Assembly: GCA_038748685.1 (NCBI GenBank)
Contig: JBCDIS010000003.1
Span: forward strand, 30,437-94,436
Reading direction: 5' to 3'
Source of the DNA: Acidobacteriota bacterium
Lineage (GTDB): Bacteria > Acidobacteriota > Thermoanaerobaculia > Multivoradales > J023
Length of the DNA: 64,000 nt
In this document: in pieces, positions 60,063 through 64,000 of the stretch
How positions within the stretch are numbered: the first letter of the stretch is position 1
Layout: every line of letters begins with the position of its first letter
Position numbers and translations under genes: made by a program
Notes under the pieces: model-generated
The model's database searches: none
What the model was told of the DNA's origin: nothing
What the model saw: only the letters and a program-made list of their open reading frames with translations

Positions 60063-62345
60063 TCAGGACGGCTTCTTCTTGGCCCTACCCCGAGGCCGCC
60101 TGGGCCTCGTCTTCCCCTCGGCGTGGTCTAGGGTGGCCTTGAGACGGACCTTCAGGGGCTCTGGCATCGAATCGGCCCCGAGCACCGGTTCGAGGTACTT
60201 TCGGGCTTCCCCGGGCTTGCACTTGGTCACCGTATTCTTCAGCGGGCGCTTCTGGCCCCGAAGCTCGTTGAGGCCAAGGGCCAGGCAGGCGTGCCGGCCG
60301 AAGGGATGCTCCCCGTGCTCCGACGCCACCTCTTCGAGGGCTTTCTTGCCGCCGGTGAGGTGGTCGCCGCCGGTCATGTAGAGGAAAAGGGCGGCGTCGC
60401 GGGTGAATACCTTCGAGGCGATCGCCTCGTCGGCATGGTCCGGGTAGCCGACCCAGATGGCCTTCGGGCGGGCCAGCATCAGGGTGCCGGACGACGGATC
60501 GGGAATGGCGGCGGTGATCTCGTAGCGGCCGGGGGCGTCGAAGACGAAGCCGCCGGAACCCACCGCCAGGGAGGTCACGTGGGAACGCTCACCCCGCCCC
60601 TCCAGCAGATCCTTGCTCACCTCGCATTTGTAGAGGGGCGGAACGTAGTTCTGGGTCGTGCCGTCGGGCCTGCGGATGGCGTAGCGCACGTCGCCGTAGG
60701 CGGGGCTGAGGCGCCCCACCGGCAGGGTCTCGGCGCTGTGGCTCTTCAGCTTGACCCCCACCGTCACCGGCTCGGTGAACCGGAAGTGATGCTTGGTGGG
60801 GGTCAGCTCGAGGGAGATGTTCGAACGGGTGCCGCCGGCGGCGGGGTCGCGGAACACCGACGACGGGGTCCACTCCATGAACGCCTGTCGCCCCCCGGGC
60901 ACCACCTCGTTGAAGAAGCCGTGGCAGCAGTGGAAGACCTCCTCCGGGTCGAACCGGTAATCGAAGGCCTTCCAGTAGCTCTCCACGCGCTGGGTCCCTC
61001 CGTGGGGATAGCGATGGGGATACATCATGAAGGAGGTGGTGTCCGGCCGCCCGACGAGCCAGGAATGGGCCAAGTTCAGGGCGTGGCCCAGCTCGTGGAC
61101 GATGGTGCGCAGGAATTGGCGATCTCGGTACCACTCCTCCTCGTGCGCCGGGACGAAGTCCAGCATCTCCCGCCAGAACACCGCCGCCCCCTGGCGGGCG
61201 CGGCTGTTGGCGAAGGAGCCCTCGCGGCCGAAATCGAAGAGGTGGCGGAACTGCGGGTTGTTCTGCTGGAACCACTCGAACCACGGCTGCCAGGGATCGG
61301 CGATGTTGCCGGTGGTGTGGTCGAAGATGATGCCGGTGGTGCCCACCCCGTCGTTCAGGATCTCGCCGTCGGGGCCGGTGCGGAACTGGCCGCTCCCGCG
61401 GTCGAAGGACGGACCGCCGTCGAAGCGGCTGACGATCAGCAGATAGAGCCACCACTCCCGGGCGTCGAGGCTGCGGGAGTAGTGGGTGTCCATCATCTCG
61501 TGCATCTCGCGCTCGTCCCACCGATCCTCTTCGCCGGGCCGTCCGGTGCGCCTACCGATGAAATCCGGCAGGGAGCCGTCGTTGTGCTGAACCCGCGCCT
61601 CGATGCCGGCGTCCTTGAAGATCGACGTGAGGGAGACTGGCCGGTTGCCGATGTCCGTCGGCTGACGATCGGCGGGGATGTGGGCGGTGGAGTACTCCGG
61701 CGGCCAGGGAAGCCCGTCGAGCTTGTCGACCTCGATGTTGAGGACGCGGAACGACTCCGATGCGAAGGTCGCCTCGCCGCGGTAGGTTTCCGGCAGGTTC
61801 GACGGCAGCAGGCAGGAGACCCGCACCGTCTGCTCGCCGAAGGGCGTCACCTCCAAGTTACCGCCGACGTTCGACGCGTCGTCGAGATCGAAGATGAAGC
61901 GGGGGGACTCGGCCCGCAGGACGCCGCCGTCCTCCGACAACCGCGCCCGCATCGACGCCAGGTAGATGGAGTCGCGGAAGAAATCCGCCGAAAGCACCCG
62001 ACTCCCGCGGCTGATCCGCAGATCCACCTCCAGCGCGTCGCCGCCGGCGGACTCGACCCGTCCCCGGTAGGTTCCGTCCCCCGGCGTCCCGGCGCCGGGT
62101 TCGCAGCTGCCCGGTTCCTCCCCTTCCACCACCCGAGCGGAGGCGAGCAAGCCGCCGTGGAGGTCCCCCACGAGGGTCAGCTCCTCTCCGTCGAAGGCAC
62201 GCAGGGCTTTGACGGATCGTTCCACCATCAACTCAAAGGAGATGGCGGTCTGCAGAGGCATCACCAAGACCTCGAGCGTCCTCGGCTGCGATTCGATCGT
62301 GACGCGGTCGGTGACCTTCAGCTTTCCGGAAACGTGGGTCGCCAT
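60063..62345 (-). CDS. Cytoplasmic metzincin-type zinc metalloprotease with extra N- and C-terminal domains
   Basis: 760 aa. HELGHALNLAH zinc motif, Met-turn TTSFMMYP, no signal peptide, basic C-terminal tail. Confidence 0.8.
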   Translation of the reverse strand: MATHVSGKLKVTDRVTIESQPRTLEVLVMPLQTAISFELMVERSVKALRAFDGEELTLVGDLHGGLLASARVVEGEEPGSCEPGAGTPGDGTYRGRVESAGGDALEVDLRISRGSRVLSADFFRDSIYLASMRARLSEDGGVLRAESPRFIFDLDDASNVGGNLEVTPFGEQTVRVSCLLPSNLPETYRGEATFASESFRVLNIEVDKLDGLPWPPEYSTAHIPADRQPTDIGNRPVSLTSIFKDAGIEARVQHNDGSLPDFIGRRTGRPGEEDRWDEREMHEMMDTHYSRSLDAREWWLYLLIVSRFDGGPSFDRGSGQFRTGPDGEILNDGVGTTGIIFDHTTGNIADPWQPWFEWFQQNNPQFRHLFDFGREGSFANSRARQGAAVFWREMLDFVPAHEEEWYRDRQFLRTIVHELGHALNLAHSWLVGRPDTTSFMMYPHRYPHGGTQRVESYWKAFDYRFDPEEVFHCCHGFFNEVVPGGRQAFMEWTPSSVFRDPAAGGTRSNISLELTPTKHHFRFTEPVTVGVKLKSHSAETLPVGRLSPAYGDVRYAIRRPDGTTQNYVPPLYKCEVSKDLLEGRGERSHVTSLAVGSGGFVFDAPGRYEITAAIPDPSSGTLMLARPKAIWVGYPDHADEAIASKVFTRDAALFLYMTGGDHLTGGKKALEEVASEHGEHPFGRHACLALGLNELRGQKRPLKNTVTKCKPGEARKYLEPVLGADSMPEPLKVRLKATLDHAEGKTRPRRPRGRAKKKPS

Positions 62346-62607
62346 GATCCCTCCTGGGGTGTCCTGGTGGTGCGGGCCGGGGCCGGCTCCCGTCGCGGGA
62401 ATACCGCCAACCTTTACCGGTGACGGACGCGGTCAGTCCGTTACCCCCGGCCCCGTCGGCGGGGCGCGCGGGGCCCCGCCGTCCCTACCCTTTGGACGGA
62501 CACCGGCCGTGGTTTTCCACCCACCGAAGGGACCCGGGGTCACCCTCCGCCGGACACCCCTTGGCACAGGGCCCCGCCTCAGGAGCCCTCCCGCGGGGGA
62601 TTGTCGA

Positions 62608-63240
62608 TCAGGCGGCGGGCTCCCCCAGTCGCCCCTCGATCTCGAGGCTCACCTCCACCTCTTTGGCAACCCGCAGAAAGAGCACGCTCGGATCCTCGAG
62701 GCCCCATGCCACATAGGGAACCACGAAGGTCCCCTCCGCCCGCAGCCGCTCACCCTCCACGGAGACCAGGAGCGGAATCTCGAGGGGGTGACGGGACCCC
62801 GCCAGGGTCACGGTACCCACCAGCACGGCGTCGACGGCGGAGTTGGCCCCGGGCGTCCCCCGCCAGGGCTCCCCTTTGAGGCGCTCGACTTCGAAGAGGA
62901 TGGAGGGGTGATCCTCGCTCTTGAGCACCTCACGGTGCATCTTGGCGTCCCGCTTGGTGTGGTCGGTGGTGACGCGGCGGGCGTCGAGACGCAGGGTGCC
63001 GGCGGCCTCACCGGTGGCGTCGTCGAAGGTGATCGACGCGGCCGGCACGTCGAGACGCCCATGGACCTGGTGGGCCGTGGCCTCGAGCACGAACGTGGCC
63101 GTCGAGGCCTCGGGGTCGAGGGTCAACGTTCGCTCGGCGGCGACGCCGGCCGTCGCCAAGAAGAAGGCGGCGACGAAGAGACATAGGGCGGACGGGCGGA
63201 TGGGGGCGACTGCGGTGCGGACGGGGAGCATCGGGGGCAT
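62608..63240 (-). CDS. YceI-family periplasmic protein
   Basis: ATG 63240 with GGAG RBS, signal peptide. LTLDPEASTATF...HQVHGR, VTTDHTKRDAKM, FVVPYVAWGL. Confidence 0.88.
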   Translation of the reverse strand: MPPMLPVRTAVAPIRPSALCLFVAAFFLATAGVAAERTLTLDPEASTATFVLEATAHQVHGRLDVPAASITFDDATGEAAGTLRLDARRVTTDHTKRDAKMHREVLKSEDHPSILFEVERLKGEPWRGTPGANSAVDAVLVGTVTLAGSRHPLEIPLLVSVEGERLRAEGTFVVPYVAWGLEDPSVLFLRVAKEVEVSLEIEGRLGEPAA

Positions 63241-63389
63241 GGATTTGTCTCCAGGAGTGTTGCGTGGGTTACCGAGGGGCGGCCGCGATAGGATCGACGG
63301 ATCCGCGGGGCCCTCCGTCCGTCGCCGGATCGGGGCCTTCGCGGCGTCGTCGAAATACCCGAAAGGAATATCCCAAGAGGATGCACCGT

Positions 63390-63962
63390 ATGGCAACGCT
63401 GAAGGATCGATCAGCCGCCCTTGGCTTCGGCACCCCTAGGCGCGGGTCACGTCGAGGGGCCCTTCTCCTGAGCATGCTCTGGGTCCTCGGAACGTTTCTC
63501 GCCGGCGCCGCCGGGGCCGCCGATTCCCCAACGGAGATGGACATGGACGAACGCTGCCGCCGCGAAGTGGAGGGCCTCCACGCCTTCTTCCAGGAATGGT
63601 TCAACGCCGAGGTCGACGAGACCGACCGGGTCTTCGAGCGCTTTTCGGGGGTGATGGGGGACGGCTTCGTCCTGGTCTCTCCAGACGGCTCGGTGGCGGA
63701 GCGGGCTCCGCTGACCGCCGGTCTTCGCCGTGCCTACGGTCGCTGGCGGGGTAACCCGGGTAAGATCTGGATCGAGAACTATCGGTTTCACCGGAGCGGC
63801 GAAGGCTGGGCCATGGTGACGTACGACGAGGCGCAGGAGGTCGACGGCGAGCTGAAGGTCCGCCGCTCTTCGGCCCTCTTCGGCGCCGACCCCGAGGCCC
63901 CCAACGGCGTCGTCTGGTGGCACCTCCACGAGGTCTGGCTGCCCGCCGCCGACCCCCGCTAG
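63390..63962 (+). CDS. Secreted NTF2-like (DUF4440-like) protein
   Basis: Signal-like segment, then EVEGLHAFFQEWF...FVLVSPDG...VTYDEAQ...RRSSALF...WWHLHEVW. Start 63390 or 63381. Confidence 0.72.
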   Translation: MATLKDRSAALGFGTPRRGSRRGALLLSMLWVLGTFLAGAAGAADSPTEMDMDERCRREVEGLHAFFQEWFNAEVDETDRVFERFSGVMGDGFVLVSPDGSVAERAPLTAGLRRAYGRWRGNPGKIWIENYRFHRSGEGWAMVTYDEAQEVDGELKVRRSSALFGADPEAPNGVVWWHLHEVWLPAADPR

Positions 63963-64000
63963 ACTCCATCCAAAGCTAGATCCCCCGCCCCAAAGCACAC

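Noticed and set aside
1-64000. tRNA, rRNA, tmRNA or other structured RNA genes
   Set aside because: No recognisable signatures in the intergenic regions by eye. A tRNAscan/Infernal run would be needed to exclude them formally.

Overview
High-GC (about 68-72% by eye) bacterial chromosomal segment with about 40 real genes. No rRNA, tRNA, CRISPR array, transposase or integrase was recognised. The gene style suggests a marine or sediment Acidobacteriota (Thermoanaerobaculia-like) genome, which is inference only. Left part: a LysR fragment (missed by the ORF track), SnoaL-like and beta-barrel genes, and a Ser/Thr kinase-cyclase-ATPase-TPR fusion divergent from a wHTH-TM-double PQQ-propeller regulator. 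These are followed by a secreted 6-Cys peptide precursor, a HExxH protein with AbgT, a BNR lipoprotein, sfsA, DUF2252, DUF6624 and a methyltransferase. Middle: an accessory region with an AT-rich orphan, a BBE-like FAD oxidase, MarR with operators, an SDR, AraC and an RND efflux operon ending in a small K+-channel-like gene. Next come a TonB receptor, a vanadium haloperoxidase, a secreted alpha/beta hydrolase and an agmatinase-family gene. The most striking structure is at 41.4-60 kb. Two tandem paralogous cassettes each encode a ~2000-aa secreted Cys-rich repeat protein (3 vs 4 copies of a ~207-aa module, conserved core, divergent lower-GC C-terminal tip) followed by a cognate secreted partner. 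A third copy of the ~160-bp leader/5' end is fused to an unrelated TPR ORF, and a divergent ECF sigma / zinc-less anti-sigma pair lies upstream. This is the best candidate for an undescribed system.
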